NCBI RefSeq assembly: GCF_006345805.1
Contig: NC_043012.1
Location: forward strand, 37,448,001-37,512,000
Length of the DNA: 64,000 nt
Source: Octopus sinensis
Lineage: Eukaryota
Direction of reading: 5' to 3'
Made by a program: the position numbers and the translations under genes. Positions 1-13,491 of the stretch are shown here, piece after piece. The notes under the pieces were generated by a model. That model did not search any database. It saw only the letters and a list, made by a program, of their open reading frames with translations, and was not told the DNA's origin. The first letter of the stretch is position 1. Each line of letters begins with the position of its first letter.

Positions 1-154
1 GACTAACATTTAAAGATAGAAACAAAACGTAAAACCATGCGAGAAACAGTTATCAGTGATATATTCATTATACCATTATTCCATATCACACACCATGAGA
101 TATTGTGATATCAATATAAGGATACATACATAATAATGGAGCATATATATATAT

Positions 155-223
<69 letters not shown>

Positions 224-315
224 CATACATACATACATACACATGCATGTATGTATATAGTTATATACAAACATGCCATGTATTTGTTCTATCAGTTTTT
301 GGCATGAGTATCGCC

Positions 316-347
<32 letters not shown>

Positions 348-349
348 CA

Positions 350-384
<35 letters not shown>

Positions 385-397
385 GTATATATATATA

Positions 398-455
<58 letters not shown>

Positions 456-884
456 GCATACGCATACGAGTATGTGTATAGGTAGTTAACTATATGTATA
501 TGTGTATATATATGTAACAATACTAATAACGAAAATACTAGCACAAAGCGCGCGCGTGTATATACATATATATATAGTTAGGAATCTAATTTGATTACTA
601 AACGTATTTTTAGTTCCGATGTGAAAGTATATTGACCTCAATTTATATACTTCATGCTTTGCTTCACATATACACATTCATTCACAGACACACACATATA
701 TACATGTACACACTCACAGCCATATATACAACATATACATACTCTCACACACATATACTACATATACGTATAAGTTTTGTTATACAAACAAAAAAAATCG
801 AAGTCAATAAGACTGAGTATATATGTATGTATGTATATATATATACATATACATACATATATACACATAAATACATACATACAT

Positions 885-933
<49 letters not shown>

Positions 934-1991
934 AATGTATATATATATATATATTATATATAATATATATATATATATACATATCTACATATATATACAT
1001 ATACCTACATATATACACACACACACATATATACGAATACATACAAACATGCACAGATAAATATGTGTATTCATATATGTATGATATATATATATGTGTG
1101 TGTGTGTTTGTGTGTATATATAAATGCATATATATACGTGCATATACACCTACTGTTAAACGCGAAGTTATAGTGATTCTAGTGCCTAGAGTTTGTGCCA
1201 ACACATTTACACGAAACACAAGGCCGTGGAGTCACTACAGTTTCTTCGCTAAAACAAATACATATATACAAACACACACACAAATATTATACTATATATA
1301 TATATGAGAAAAGTTATACATATACAACCTCCACACACACGCACATACATACACATATACACACACGTATATATGTGTGTAGATAGTACTGAATAGCATA
1401 TGGTAGATATATGTTTATTTAGATGATGGCACTTGCAAGACTAGTTGCGTTTCTTTTCATTTTAATACAATCAGTGTACACTCCACACACACACACACAC
1501 ATTCTGAGGATTTCGAAGCTAGAAAGAAACACAAGTCTTGTTAGTACCTTCATTTGAATAAGCACAAATCCATATTCACGTAATCTTCTATTCCTCCATC
1601 TGTCATTCCAAGCTTCAAAGCATATATACATGCATATGCACATACGCATGGACGTAGAAGGGAACTTTCGAAAATTTCTAAGCCTAATCACGTGATCATA
1701 CCCTACTACTAATCAAATTGTCTCCTAAACAGATACTAATTTGACCTACGTTCTTTTTATAAAAAGAAGAAAATTTTCAAACTCCCGTGAAAAGGAAGAC
1801 AGTTGCGACAAAGCCCCACGTCTTTCTGTCTAAACGTTTGAAAATAATAAAATCTATGAAACCGGTTAAGTTTTCAAAATAAACAAACTTAAAGCCTACC
1901 AGTGCATTTTCAACTTTTTTTCTATATTTCTACTCGTGTGGATTAAAATAACTTTGTTTTCTATACATATATTCAAAGAGGTTATACTTAC

Positions 1992-2133
1992 ATTCTGCGT
2001 TCAATTCCATGTCCTGTTCACAATCAGTATCTGTATAGAGGGCCTGACTACCAATGCTACTGAGGTCAACACGGTCAACATCAGCTATCATTTGATTCAC
2101 CATGTGTACATCGTATAAGACTGGTCGCGCCGT
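1992..2133 (-). CDS. RFX6: RFX6-like exon (exon 12 equivalent)
   Basis: Acceptor ttatatttcacag|a, donor aat|gtaagt, 142 nt. [47 protein letters not shown] versus human [32 protein letters not shown]. Confidence 0.95.
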
Positions 2134-2191
2134 CTGTGAAATATAAGGAACCAATTTAGAGAAATTTTAAAGGAATATATCTGGAAATTTT

Positions 2192-2565
2192 TTTTATTGT
2201 TTACTGTTTTCACTCATTAGACTGCGGCCATGTTGGGGCATCGCATCGAAGAATTTTTGGTCGAATGAATCGATCCCAGTTCTTATTTGTTTTAAAGCCT
2301 GGTACTTATTCAACGGTTCTCTTTTGCCGGTCCGCTAAGTTACGAGGACGGAAACACACCAGTACCGGTTGTCAAGCAATAGTACACACACACACACACA
2401 CACATACGACGGGCTTGTTTCAGTTTCCGTTTACCAAAACCACTCACAAGGCTTTGTTCAGCCCAAGGCTATAGTAGAAGACACTTTCTCAAGGTGCCAC
2501 ACAGTAGGACTGAACGTGAAACCATAGGGCTGGGAAGCAAATGTCTTACCTTACAGCCACACCTG
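2192..2565 (-). mobile_element. tRNA-derived SINE family A, filling most of a 554-nt intron
   Basis: Diverged reverse complement of the 35439-35853 type. Confidence 0.8.
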
Positions 2566-2687
2566 TTGAAACTTCGAAAATAATCACCAATGTAGCAATG
2601 AAGGCATAAATTGAACGGAAGGTTAATTAAGTAATAAAAATGGCATGGAATTAAAAAGGTTTGTTGTAATTAAAGATATGTTCTTAC

Positions 2688-2847
2688 TTGAGCTAAATGA
2701 AGAAAAGAAGTTTGGCGTTTCAAAGACTGAGAGAATCTGTGGGCCACCGGAAGCTTATGTTCGGTCAGTTGTTCCGGAAGGTTTTCCAGAGCAGACGACA
2801 ACCAGTTTTCCCAATGATTGGCGAAGTTCCGAATGTCACACATCAAT
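2688..2847 (-). CDS. RFX6: RFX6-like exon (exon 11 equivalent), extended dimerisation region
   Basis: Acceptor ttttctattcctgattaatctag|a, donor caa|gtaaga, 160 nt. [53 protein letters not shown]. Not in the supplied ORF track. Confidence 0.96.
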
Positions 2848-2986
2848 CTAGATTAATCAGGAATAGAAAATACAAGAATATGAAATTCTTTATTTTTCTC
2901 TTTTTTTAAAATTAATTCTCGAATGAGACGAAAATGGAGGAAACACTCCGAAACGAGAAATTATAAAGTATTACACAGTTACATTT

Positions 2987-3112
2987 AAGAATTATGAATT
3001 AAGAATTATGAGTTAAGATTTATGAATTAAGAATTATGAATTAAGAATTATGAGTTAAGAATTATGAATTAAGAATTATGAATTAAGAATTATGAGTTAA
3101 GAATTATGGATT
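2987..3112. repeat. 14-bp minisatellite (aagaattatga(a/g)tt) x9
   Basis: Direct reading. Confidence 0.9.
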
Positions 3113-3372
3113 ATACACAATCCCCCACACATACACAGGAATTAACTCACAGTTCAATGAGATTTTATTTTTTTAATCCAAGCTCCCGAAAGATGCAAAA
3201 CCCGTTGTTTGCTGATAGAGTGGATGGCAGGGTAAAGGGAAGTAACTAGTGTACTCCCATGCAATAATTGTCTTTATTTTTGCAAAAAAAAAAAAAAAAT
3301 CCCAATATCATTGAAATGAAAATACTTCCTTTCATACATTAGAAATGAAATTTAGTTGGAAGAACAACTTAC

Positions 3373-3422
3373 ACCTCTGGCATTTCTTGCATCGTTGCTG
3401 GGATCAGAACTTCGATCAAGAC
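3373..3422 (-). CDS. RFX6: RFX6-like exon (exon 10 equivalent)
   Basis: Acceptor tctatttaacag|g, donor gaggt|gtaagt, 50 nt, phase 0 to 2. VLIEVLIPATMQEMPE(V). Confidence 0.94.
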
Positions 3423-5032
3423 CTGTTAAATAGATACAAGGGTGATTTCTGTAAAGATTCAGATTTTGGGATTTCATTTTTCTTTCTTCTTAGTCATGAA
3501 AAGGAGGGCAGAGCGAATAACTGCTTTTTCGTGGCCGTCGAAACTGCCAGGTAGAAGAGAAAGACTTGACTTGAATGTATGTGATAGAGTGGACTCCGTT
3601 CAAGGTCAAGAAACAACAGGTGCAGTTAAACCGGGCCATGGATAAAATATGCTACACCAAAACTCAGAACGTTGACAGGCAGGAAAGATTCAGTAAGGTA
3701 TCCCCACACCCGACGTTTTAACAATCTCACCTATCCATCTTCTTGGAAATTGTATCGATTCCCAAAAGAATGAAAAGTAAAACTGACTTCGACAGGATTC
3801 GAATTCAGAAAGGGAGCCGAAATAAAAATTGCATGTACATCTGTAGTAGGTGTAAGTTTTGGCGATATCCAATTCTACATTTAGGGTGTAAGGGGGATCA
3901 TACCAATTGATATTGCCCTTTTATGGTTTTGCGAAGTGTTACTAGGTGATATATAAGGTATTTAAGGAATCCACTATTTTTTAAGATGTTCTTATAATAC
4001 GATGCTGTTTGATAAAAAAGGTTTTCAACTGATGAAAGCTAGTGATGCGATGGCCAATATCATTCTCTAAATTCTTCAAGATTGCCGAAGGTTGACTGGG
4101 ATTTTTAGTATTTACCAATTTTTATCTGGTTTCCTATAAGAACAACGCTTATTGTTACAGGTATATCGCAATATTTAGCGCATTGATAACATTTTAATTT
4201 ACTAAAACAATTACCATCAGTAGTCATATATATGTGGTTAAGAATTTCGCTTCGAACGCGAGTTCAATACTGCAGCGCAAACCTTGTGCAAATATCTTCT
4301 ACCTTAGACTCCTGTTGACTTGAGTCTTGCGAGTGCAATTTGGTAGACGGAAACTGCACTGAAGCCCGTCGTGTGAAAGAAAGAGAGAGAGTGAGAGAGT
4401 GGCGTTATTGTTTTTGGGTAGACAACTCATCAGGTTTAATACCGCCATTTGGCTGTTTTGGGAATTTTGACTGGAGTCCACTTTGTGGTAAACATTCTGG
4501 AGAAGTGCCCAGATCCTAATCCATCATCCAATTAAATACCATCATTTGGCTCTAAGTTTCCTTTGACATACTCAACAATACAACAAGGATACGGAAAGGG
4601 GTTTCTGTTAGCGATAACATTTTATCCCCTCCCCTCAATCAACTGTCTCATAGGGACTGGAAAGGGTAATTTGCGCTCTAATTCCTCCTCTGGTTAACAC
4701 ATTAAAAATATATTATAAATAATACGCGCACGCACACACACACACACACACACACATACACACACATACACACACATATGAGTGAGTGGACAAACGAAAG
4801 AAAGGGCACTCAACACATAATTATTGGGAATTACCAGCCTGACGACAAAGGCTCCGATAGAGACTTCGAAACTTGAAGTAGCACGGAATCTGAATGAAAC
4901 TGTTTTGAATAATATATTTATATATACATATGCATACACGTGCATACGCGTGCATATACGCGTGCATATACGCGTGCATATACACGTGTTTGTAAACATC
5001 GCTATACCATGAATGAAATGCATGAGACTTAC

Positions 5033-5146
5033 CTTATAAAGAATGGAATCACATATGCAAATGATGTCGACAATGACTTGGTTCTTAACAAGCGGCAGCA
5101 AGTGGTCGGGCAGACCTTGCCAAAAATGCAGCAGAAAGTTTTGAAT
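5033..5146 (-). CDS. RFX6: RFX6-like exon (exon 9 equivalent), domain C
   Basis: Acceptor ttctcctctttcag|a, donor aag|gtaagt, 114 nt. [38 protein letters not shown]. Confidence 0.96.
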
Positions 5147-5216
5147 CTGAAAGAGGAGAACAGATGTTCCTTGATTGATGAGAAGTGTGAATATACAACT
5201 GTTGTTGTTGTTGTTG

Positions 5217-5270
<54 letters not shown>

Positions 5271-5278
5271 TATTATTA

Positions 5279-5320
<42 letters not shown>

Positions 5321-5421
5321 TTATTTATTATTATTATTATTATTTTAATTATTATTATTATATTATTATTATTATTATTATTATTTTTATTTTTATTATT
5401 ATTATTATTATCCTTTTATTA

Positions 5422-5486
<65 letters not shown>

Positions 5487-5489
<3 letters not shown>

Positions 5490-8400
5490 TAGTTTTATTT
5501 TTATAGCGTGCTTTCACTTCACTACCGAGCGCAGCTCTGTGTGCCTTGGGTATGTGCTGTGATTTGTTGTGATGCTCTGATGGTTATTGTATGGAAAGTG
5601 TTCTGCGTAGGATGTGTGCAGTGCCTAGTAGTGCAATTTTCTGTATGTTATATGTGTTTGTAAGTCCTGGTGTTTTTGTTATGTATTTGTCTGAATATTT
5701 TTTTATCATGCCTAATGCACCTACTATGATAGGAATTGTTTCTATTTTCAGGTTCCACATTCTAGTTACCTCTATTTCCAGGTCTTTGTATTTTGAGAGT
5801 TTCTCCATTTCTTTTAGAGACACGTTGTCATCTGCCGGTATTGATACATCAATTAGAAAGCATTTTTTTTCTTCATGATCTCTGACAACTATATCTGGTC
5901 TGTTGGCCTTAATTTCTCTATCTGTGTGTATCGGCATATCCCAGAGTATGGTTGCTTTCTCGTTTTCTGTGACCTTTTCTGGTGTGTGCCTATACCATCT
6001 TTTTTCTGTTGTTATTCTATAATGTTGGCATAGCTTCCAATGTATGTAGGTTCCAACTCTGTCATGTCTGTGAATATATTCCTTCTTAGCCAGGACTGGG
6101 CAGCTAGAGATAATATGATTTATTGTTTCTTGTCTATCTCCACATATTCTGCAGTTACTTGTAATATTTCTTTTCATTACATGTTTTTGGTAATTTCTGG
6201 TGGGGAGGCTTTGGTCTTGTGCTGCAATTAAAAATCCCTCTGTTTCTGCTTTGAGTCCTGAGCTTCTCAACCATTGCTGGGATTTTTCTTTGTCTATTTC
6301 TTTTGCGTTTAGTTTAGTGCAGTATTTACCATGAAGGGGTTTTTCTTGCCATCGTTTTTTCATGGCTCGTTGCTGTTCTATTTTTAGCTTGGATTTCATT
6401 TGTTTTATAGCTTTTGTTGTTTCTTCATCATCTTCTTCTTCTCTTTGTGTTTATTAGGTGGTATGATTTCTTGTTTGTATTTGTCAGCTTCCTTAAATAC
6501 TGAGAACAGTTTTTTGTTTTGCTCGTGTTTTGCTGCTATCTGGATCAGTTTTCCTTCCTTCTGAAGTAGGTATTTTTGCAGTCCTATGGTGGTTATTTTA
6601 TAGTAGTTTTCCAGCTGTATAAGGCCTCTACCACCTTCTATACGTTGTATATATAGTCTTTCTATGTCAGATTTTGGGTGATGCATCCTAGATCCTGTCA
6701 GTATTTTTCTTGTTTTCCTATCTATTTTGGACAGTTCATTTCGTGTCCAGTTAAGGATATTGTAGCTGTAACTTATAACTGGGACAGCTAAAGTGTTGAT
6801 ACCTATTATCTTGTTTTTAGCATTGAGCTCTGTTTTTAGTATTGATCTAACTCGTCTATAATATTCTTTTTTTATTTTCTCTTTCATTTGTGTGTGTTGT
6901 GTCTTATCTAGTTCATGGATTCCTAAGTATTTGTAAGTTTGGCTTTGGTCTAATTCTTTTATTTCATTGGTTTTATCTAGTGTGATGTTGTTACTCTTAA
7001 CTAGTTTTCCTCTTTTCATGGTTACTTTGGCGCATTTTTCTAATCCAAATTTCATATCTATTTCTTTGGTAAATCCATGAACTGTCTTTAATAGTGTTTC
7101 CAGCTGTTTGTCATTTGCAGCGTATAGTTTTAGGTCATCCATATATAAAAGGTGGCTGATCGTTTTGCCGTAACATTTATATCCGCATCCAGTTCTATTT
7201 AGCATATCAGATAGAGGTGACAGTGCCAAGCAGAAAAGGAGTGGAGAGAGCGTGTCTCCCTGGAATATTCCTCTTCTAATGGGGATGTCTTTGGTTTTCA
7301 TGAGTCCCTCTTTTGTTTGGAGGTGTAGGACTGTTTGCCATTTATTCATAGAGTGCTCTATGAATTTTATGATTGTTGGTGCTACTTTGTTAATGGCTAG
7401 TGTTTCGAGGATCCATGTGTGGGGGATGCTATCAAACGCCTTTTTGTAGTCAATCCAGGCCATACTGAGGCCTTTCTTCTTTCTGTGGCTGTCTTCAGTT
7501 ACGGCTTTATTAATCATTAGTTGATCTTTACAGCCATATGAGCCCTTGCGGCATCCTTTCTGCTCTTCTGGGAACAGTTTGTTTTCGTCCAGGTGCTTGT
7601 TCAGCCTTTGCGATATCACTGCAGTAAATGCCTTGAACATAGTAGGGAGGCAGGTTATTGGTCTGTAGTTTTCTGGTTTTGTGTTTCATTTGATTTGGGA
7701 ATTAAGATGGTTTTCCCCTTCGTGAGCCATTCAGGCATTGTCTCTGGCTCTGCTAGTATGCTGTTAAAGTTTTCAGCCAGCTTTTTGTGCATTCCTGTTA
7801 GATATTTCAACCAGAAGTTGGGGATCTTGTCATGCCCAGGTGCCTTCCAGTTGCTTAGTTTTTGCAGTGCCTGGGTGACCTCTTCAGTTGTTATGGGGGT
7901 CCAAAGTTGTTCAGATGCCGAGTTTGTTATTTTCATACTCCTTTTTTTTGGCTGTTCGTTCGCCGACCATATTTCTTTCCAGAATTCTTCCAATTCTTCT
8001 GCCGTTGGTGCTGCAGTGACTTCTATTTTATTTTTGCCCAGTTCTTGGTAGAACTTTTGGGGTCGGAGTTGAACTTTTTGTTCTGTTCAAAGAAGCGTTG
8101 GCGTTTCTCGTACCGGCGGATCCTTTGAGCTTTGGCAAGGATATCTTGCTTCAGCTTTTCTTTTATCTCCGGCAAATCTTTTTCTGCGATGTTATATTTG
8201 CGGAGCATTTTTGTTCTCTTTTTGTTGCTCAGTAGCGTTGCTTGTTTGCTGATTTCATTAAGAATCGACAGGTCTTTTCTAATTTTTTAAATTTTGTTTT
8301 GGATGTTATTTATCCACAGGGTTTGTTTGGGTGGTGGTACTCCTGTTTGGGCGGGTTTGGGTGAGTATCCAGCTTCTTTTGTGGCTGCAGTGGCTGCTGC

Positions 8401-9460
8401 GTATATCAGGTCATTTAGTTCAGTGATATCACTTTTTTTTGTTTCAGTGGCTAGTTCAGTGACGGCTAGGTTATGTTGTTTATAATTGGTGTTGTTATTG
8501 CGTTTATTTTTATTCTTGGGAGGTATGGTCGGTGGTCCATTTTGAGCTCTGTGGTTTTTAGTTCTTTGATTATTTTATTTTTTATATTATCATAATCATT
8601 AGGCTCCCCTTCGTTGTTTACATCGTGTTTGTTGGGAATGTTGCGTTTGTCTTCGTGTTTTACAGTTTCAGTGTTTATATTATTGGGCATTGTTGTGTGG
8701 CTTCTATCTACATTTTCCTGGTGTATTTTTTCTTTTAAATGTTCTATTTCTATTTCTGATATTTTTTTGGCTTTGAGAATGTATCTTCGTACGTTAGCTA
8801 ATTTATTAGGGTTCATTGCTGTATCCAAGTCTATATCTCTATTATTTTCCTTCCATATTTTATATGTATGTGTTGTTGTATTTTCATTTTGTGGGTAGAG
8901 CATTGCTGTGAAGTATGCGTGTAAGATAGAAATGTATTCCTCACGTGTCCATTTACGTCTTTTGGGTTTTAATTGCGGGACATGAGGTACAACGTCCGCC
9001 CATTATTTTGACGGTCGTCATTTTCGTAGGGTACCGGTCCGTTTATTTCTGTTGTCACATTATTTCGCACGTGTAGTTTTTCGTACATTTTTTGTTGTAG
9101 GTTTAATGTACGTACCGCTCGATTGTTATTCTTGGGTTGAATAGTATCGGTGGCATTTAATTTCTTCGTAGTTCCTCTGTACATGGTGTTTGAGGTCGGG
9201 GATGATCGTGTTGTTCCACGCATGTTTACATGTGTTGTGTTAGAGGTGGAGATAATATCGAGTCAAAATACATCATTTCGTTTCGAAAATAGTAATAAAT
9301 TTCAATTCGTATTACTTACTCGGATATAGTCCAATTCTTTGTTAGTAAATCTTTGGCTCCATAGGGTGTTCTTGTTTTCGATGTTTGTGGATAGATTTCG
9401 GAGCTCTGTATTTTCCTTCTTACATCTTAAACGTCCCCGGTGTCTTCTGTTCTTCTTCTT
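5487..9460 (-). mobile_element. Full-length R4/Dong-clade non-LTR retrotransposon (RT plus restriction-like endonuclease) inserted in (TAA)n
   Basis: RT motifs WIDYKKAFDSIPH, GIFQGDTLSPLLF, YMDDLK; CCHC knuckle CRICGDRQETINHIISSC; RHD, RPDIV..D..K endonuclease motifs; N-terminal RKWTREE; ~100 nt 3'UTR; (TAA)n tracts directly abut both ends (5200-5486 and 9461-9604). Confidence 0.93.
5584..9223 (-). pseudogene. Dong ORF (~1214 aa when repaired) interrupted by five single-base deletions and one in-frame TAA
   Basis: Six ORF-track segments each step one frame in the same direction; 3640+5 nt is divisible by 3; in-frame stop at 8287-8289. Confidence 0.85.
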
Positions 9461-9464
9461 ATTA

Positions 9465-9502
<38 letters not shown>

Positions 9503-9506
9503 TTTA

Positions 9507-9604
<98 letters not shown>

Positions 9605-9681
9605 GTATGCATTCCCAGATTACACACGCAGATTCACAGGTATTTACACTATTTCACAGGTATGCAAATTAACAGGTGATA

Positions 9682-9712
<31 letters not shown>

Positions 9713-9722
9713 CAATAATAAC

Positions 9723-9790
<68 letters not shown>

Positions 9791-9808
9791 TAATAATAAT
9801 AATAATAA

Positions 9809-10344
9809 ATGCCCTGATGCAGTACCAGGCAGTGGCTCTCATGGCTTCTGATCTTAACTGATTGTTTTGTCTTGGTTTAAAAGATGGGATACAGCAAATA
9901 TTCTGCTCAATACCACAGATTTGCTTGTCAGTTGTTTGACCGTAACCAGTTGAGCATGTCCCTTGGTGGCTGACGATATGTGCATCTCTGATTAAGAGCA
10001 GAAGTAGTGGGGGAGCATTATAGCCATGTGTTGAGAGGGATTCTTTGGGGTTTGAATAGTTCACCTCTGGAAGCATGGGTGTTTCATTCAACATCCTTAA
10101 ACAACCCTTATTCAGGGACCTTTTGAGCGGGATGGGCGACTCGACCAGAATAAAATTCTAACTGGGCCCCACCTGCAAGGTCATGTGCTGTTTATCTTGA
10201 TATAAGATCACCATGTCGCGTACATATGGTTGTGATGCATGTGCCTAGTGTACCCTTATCAGACGGGTAGTCATGACGCGTAGACTGGGCTTCGTATATT
10301 TGTACCCCAGTGTCACTTTGATGGCATACGCTACTCTCTCACTC
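9809..10344. mobile_element. Unclassified ~540 bp non-coding interspersed element inside (AAT)n, copy 1
   Basis: Runs atgccctgatgcagtaccagg...ctctctcactc; same ends and roughly 93-95% similar to 33605-34160, with a 20-nt deletion; (AAT)n on both flanks. Confidence 0.85.
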
Positions 10345-10368
10345 AATAATAATAATAATAATAATAAT

Positions 10369-10404
<36 letters not shown>

Positions 10405-10411
10405 AATAATA

Positions 10412-10442
<31 letters not shown>

Positions 10443-10446
10443 TAAT

Positions 10447-10480
<34 letters not shown>

Positions 10481-10485
10481 GCAAC

Positions 10486-10534
<49 letters not shown>

Positions 10535-10962
10535 TAATATAATAATAATTTAATGCTAGGTCAAGTGACTTATGAGCAAAAGCGTTCTTGTCGTGACTAT
10601 CCAGCATTTTATTCTATATATATGTATTTCGATTTTATTGATCTCACCAGTCTAATATTGGATTTTAATTTTGAATTATTTTTATGGAAATCAGATAAGT
10701 TTTATTTGTAAATACGAAAGTGTTTTTCGCATTATAAGGATTGATGTATCTAGACCCATGTTTGTATGTGTGTGTGAATACATATGTATGTATGTGTATA
10801 TACACGCACACACACACACATAAATACACATGTATGTATGTATGTATGTATGTATGTATGTATGTATGTATGTATGTATGTATGTATGTATGTATGTGTA
10901 GGTATGTTGATGCAAATAGGAAAAATAGAACTCAAAATGTGAATATATTTTTAATACTGCTT

Positions 10963-11064
10963 AGCAGAAGTAACAGAGTGACTCAAGGTCCGAGAGTTTC
11001 GTGCGTCTGATAAGTGCCAAACACATGAAACTCTCGAACCTTGAGTCACCCTGTTACTTCTGCT
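10963..11064. ncRNA. Foldback containing a decayed hammerhead motif (+ strand 11007-11053)
   Basis: ~44 bp inverted arms; CTGATAA-gtgc(caaa)cacat-GAA-ACTC(tcgaacctt)GAGT-C-accctg; G8 and stem II damaged. Confidence 0.5.
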
Positions 11065-11210
11065 AAATATTAATAAAAATATATATGTATGTATGTATAT
11101 ATACATATATATACATACATACATACATATATACATACATGCATACATCCATACATAACTACGTACATATATATGTTGAGAAGAAGACGCACACACACAC
11201 ACACACACAC

Positions 11211-11250
<40 letters not shown>

Positions 11251-11809
11251 TATATATTGCTTAAACAGCAAGGTATTCAACTCTAGCAGACTCAGTACCA
11301 AATCAAAGAAAACGGCTCTCTTAGTAATCGAACTACAGTCTGCAGTCTGCTATTATTAGCGTGACATCACCAAAGAACTACACACTATTATCGACATTTT
11401 ACCACAGCCATATGAGAGGTTGCGTCTAACTCTCAACATAAGTAACACAAGGGTTTTAGGCTTTGCTCTCCACGCTGGAACCTGGTGTAGCCATTAGAGG
11501 TAGATAGAAAAATGATGGACAACGTAGAAGCCTCCCAGTATCTGAGTAGTGTCTCTCAAAGAATGGAATTATATATGAGAAGATCAAACGCAAATGGATA
11601 CATGAGGCTGTTGATGTAGCTGGTCCAGTGAGGGGAGAACGCACCGAGAGATATCAGTGAGTTCAATCAAGTTCATATTTCATATTTCATATATATATAT
11701 ATATATAATTAATCCAAACATGAAAGCACAAAGAGAGAACACAACAACGCGAGGATGTGGACCAAGTATAGTGTTATTGTACGCTCAGGAAAGGAAAGAT
11801 TGAAGGAAG

Positions 11810-11844
11810 ATTTAACGTTTCGAGCGGAGCTCTTCGTCAGAAAC
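11810..11844 (-). ncRNA. Minimal hammerhead motif in a Penelope-type 3' fragment (11712-11915); duplicate at 12972-13005
   Basis: gttt-CTGACGA-A-GAGC(tcc)GCTC-GAAACGTT-aaat; palindromic AACGTT stem III region. The second copy lacks one A of GAAA. Confidence 0.65.
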
Positions 11845-11913
11845 ATAGGAAAAGGAAAGATCCAAGGAAGGGAAGACGGAGGAAAAAATCGCCAACGATT
11901 CACACGTGGTCAC

Positions 11914-11966
<53 letters not shown>

Positions 11967-11999
11967 TGTGTGTGTGTGTGTATGTGTGTGTGTCTGCTG

Positions 12000-12328
12000 A
12001 GACCCTCTTCGGTCATGACTGACCATGGATTGCACCTAGAAAGTTACCCTCCGAGGCATAAATTGCCTCCGGGCAAGGTTGATTATGGTAGACAAGCAGT
12101 CACCCATGCATACTGGCCTCTCCTCTTCAGGCAACCAGTGTTATCCAAGTGAAAGGCAAAGGGGCTGATGCAGCTTGGCTGATATACTGATGCGTATCAG
12201 TGAACTGGAGCAACGTGAAATAAAGTGTCTTGCTCAAGAACACAACACACAGCCCGGTCCGGATTCGAACTCACAACCTCGCGATCGTAAGCTCGACGCT
12301 CTAATCACTGAGCCATGCGTCTTCACTA
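12000..12328 (-). mobile_element. tRNA-derived SINE family C
   Basis: A box tggctcagtgatt, B box gttcgaatcc, then gttcttgagcaagacactttatttcacgttgctccag. Duplicate 13160-13497; related heads at 16270-16360(+), 29620-29740(+), 55670-55780(+), 57540-57665(-), 61440-61560(-). Confidence 0.8.
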
Positions 12329-12370
12329 TATTATATATATATATATAATATATATATATATACACACACA

Positions 12371-12421
<51 letters not shown>

Positions 12422-13079
12422 TATATATTGCTTAAACAGCAAGGTATTCAACTCTAGCAGACTCAGTACCAAATCAAAGAAAACGGCTCTCTTAGTAATC
12501 GAACTACAGTCTGCAGTCTGCTATTATTAGCGTGACATCACCAAAGAACTACACACTATTATCGACATTTTACCACAGCCATATGAGAGGTTGCGTCTAA
12601 CTCTCAACATAAGTAACACAAGGGTTTTAGGCTTTGCTCTCCACGCTGGAACCTGGTGTAGCCATTAGAGGTAGATAGAAAAATGATGGACAACGTAGAA
12701 GCCTCCCAGTATCTGAGTAGTGTCTCTCAAAGAATGGAATTATATATGAGAAGATCAAACGCAAATGGATACATGAGGCTGTTGATGTAGCTGGTCCAGT
12801 GAGGGGAGAACGCACTGAGAGTTCAATCAAGTTCATATTTCATATTTCATATATATATATATATATATAATTAATCCAAACATGAAAGCACAAAGAGAGA
12901 ACACAACAACGCGAGGATGTGGAACAAGTATAGTGTTATTGTACGCTCAGGAAAGGAAAGATTGAAGGAAGATTTAACGTTCGAGCGGAGCTCTTCGTCA
13001 GAAACATAGAAAAGGAAAGATCCAAGGAAGGGAAGACGGAGGAAAAAATCGCCAACAATTCACACGTGGTCACATGTAT

Positions 13080-13133
<54 letters not shown>

Positions 13134-13491
13134 TGTGTGTGTGTGTGTATGTGTGTGTGTCTGCTGAGACCCTCTTCGGTCATGACTGACCATGGGATTG
13201 CACCTAGAAAGTTACCCTCCGAGGCATAAATTGCCTCCGGGCAAGGTTGATTATGGTAGACAAGCAGTCACCCATGCATACTGGCCTCTCCTCTTCAGGC
13301 AACCAGTGTTATCCAAGTGAAAGGCAAAGGGGCTGATGCAGCTTGGCTGATACACTGATGCGTATCAGTGAACTGGAGCAACGTGAAATAAAGTGTCTTG
13401 CTCAAGAATACAACACACAGCCCGGTCCGGGATTCGAACTCACAACCTCGCGATTGTAAGCTCGACGCTCTAATCACTGAGCCATGCGTCT

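Noticed and set aside
1553-1599. Apparent terminal exon YGGIEDYVNMDLCLFK* in phase with the 1992 donor
   Set aside because: The acceptor has no pyrimidine tract, and RFX6 should continue with [21 protein letters not shown]-like sequence, so this is coincidental.
9968-10010. CTGACGA in the 550 bp element as a hammerhead core
   Set aside because: No downstream hairpin-GAAA-stem III-NUH arrangement. I also could not fit an HDV-like fold by eye at either end.
12250-12325. tRNA-like sequences with A and B boxes (also 29625-29690, 35445-35510 and others)
   Set aside because: No complete cloverleaf or acceptor stem, and each continues into a SINE body.
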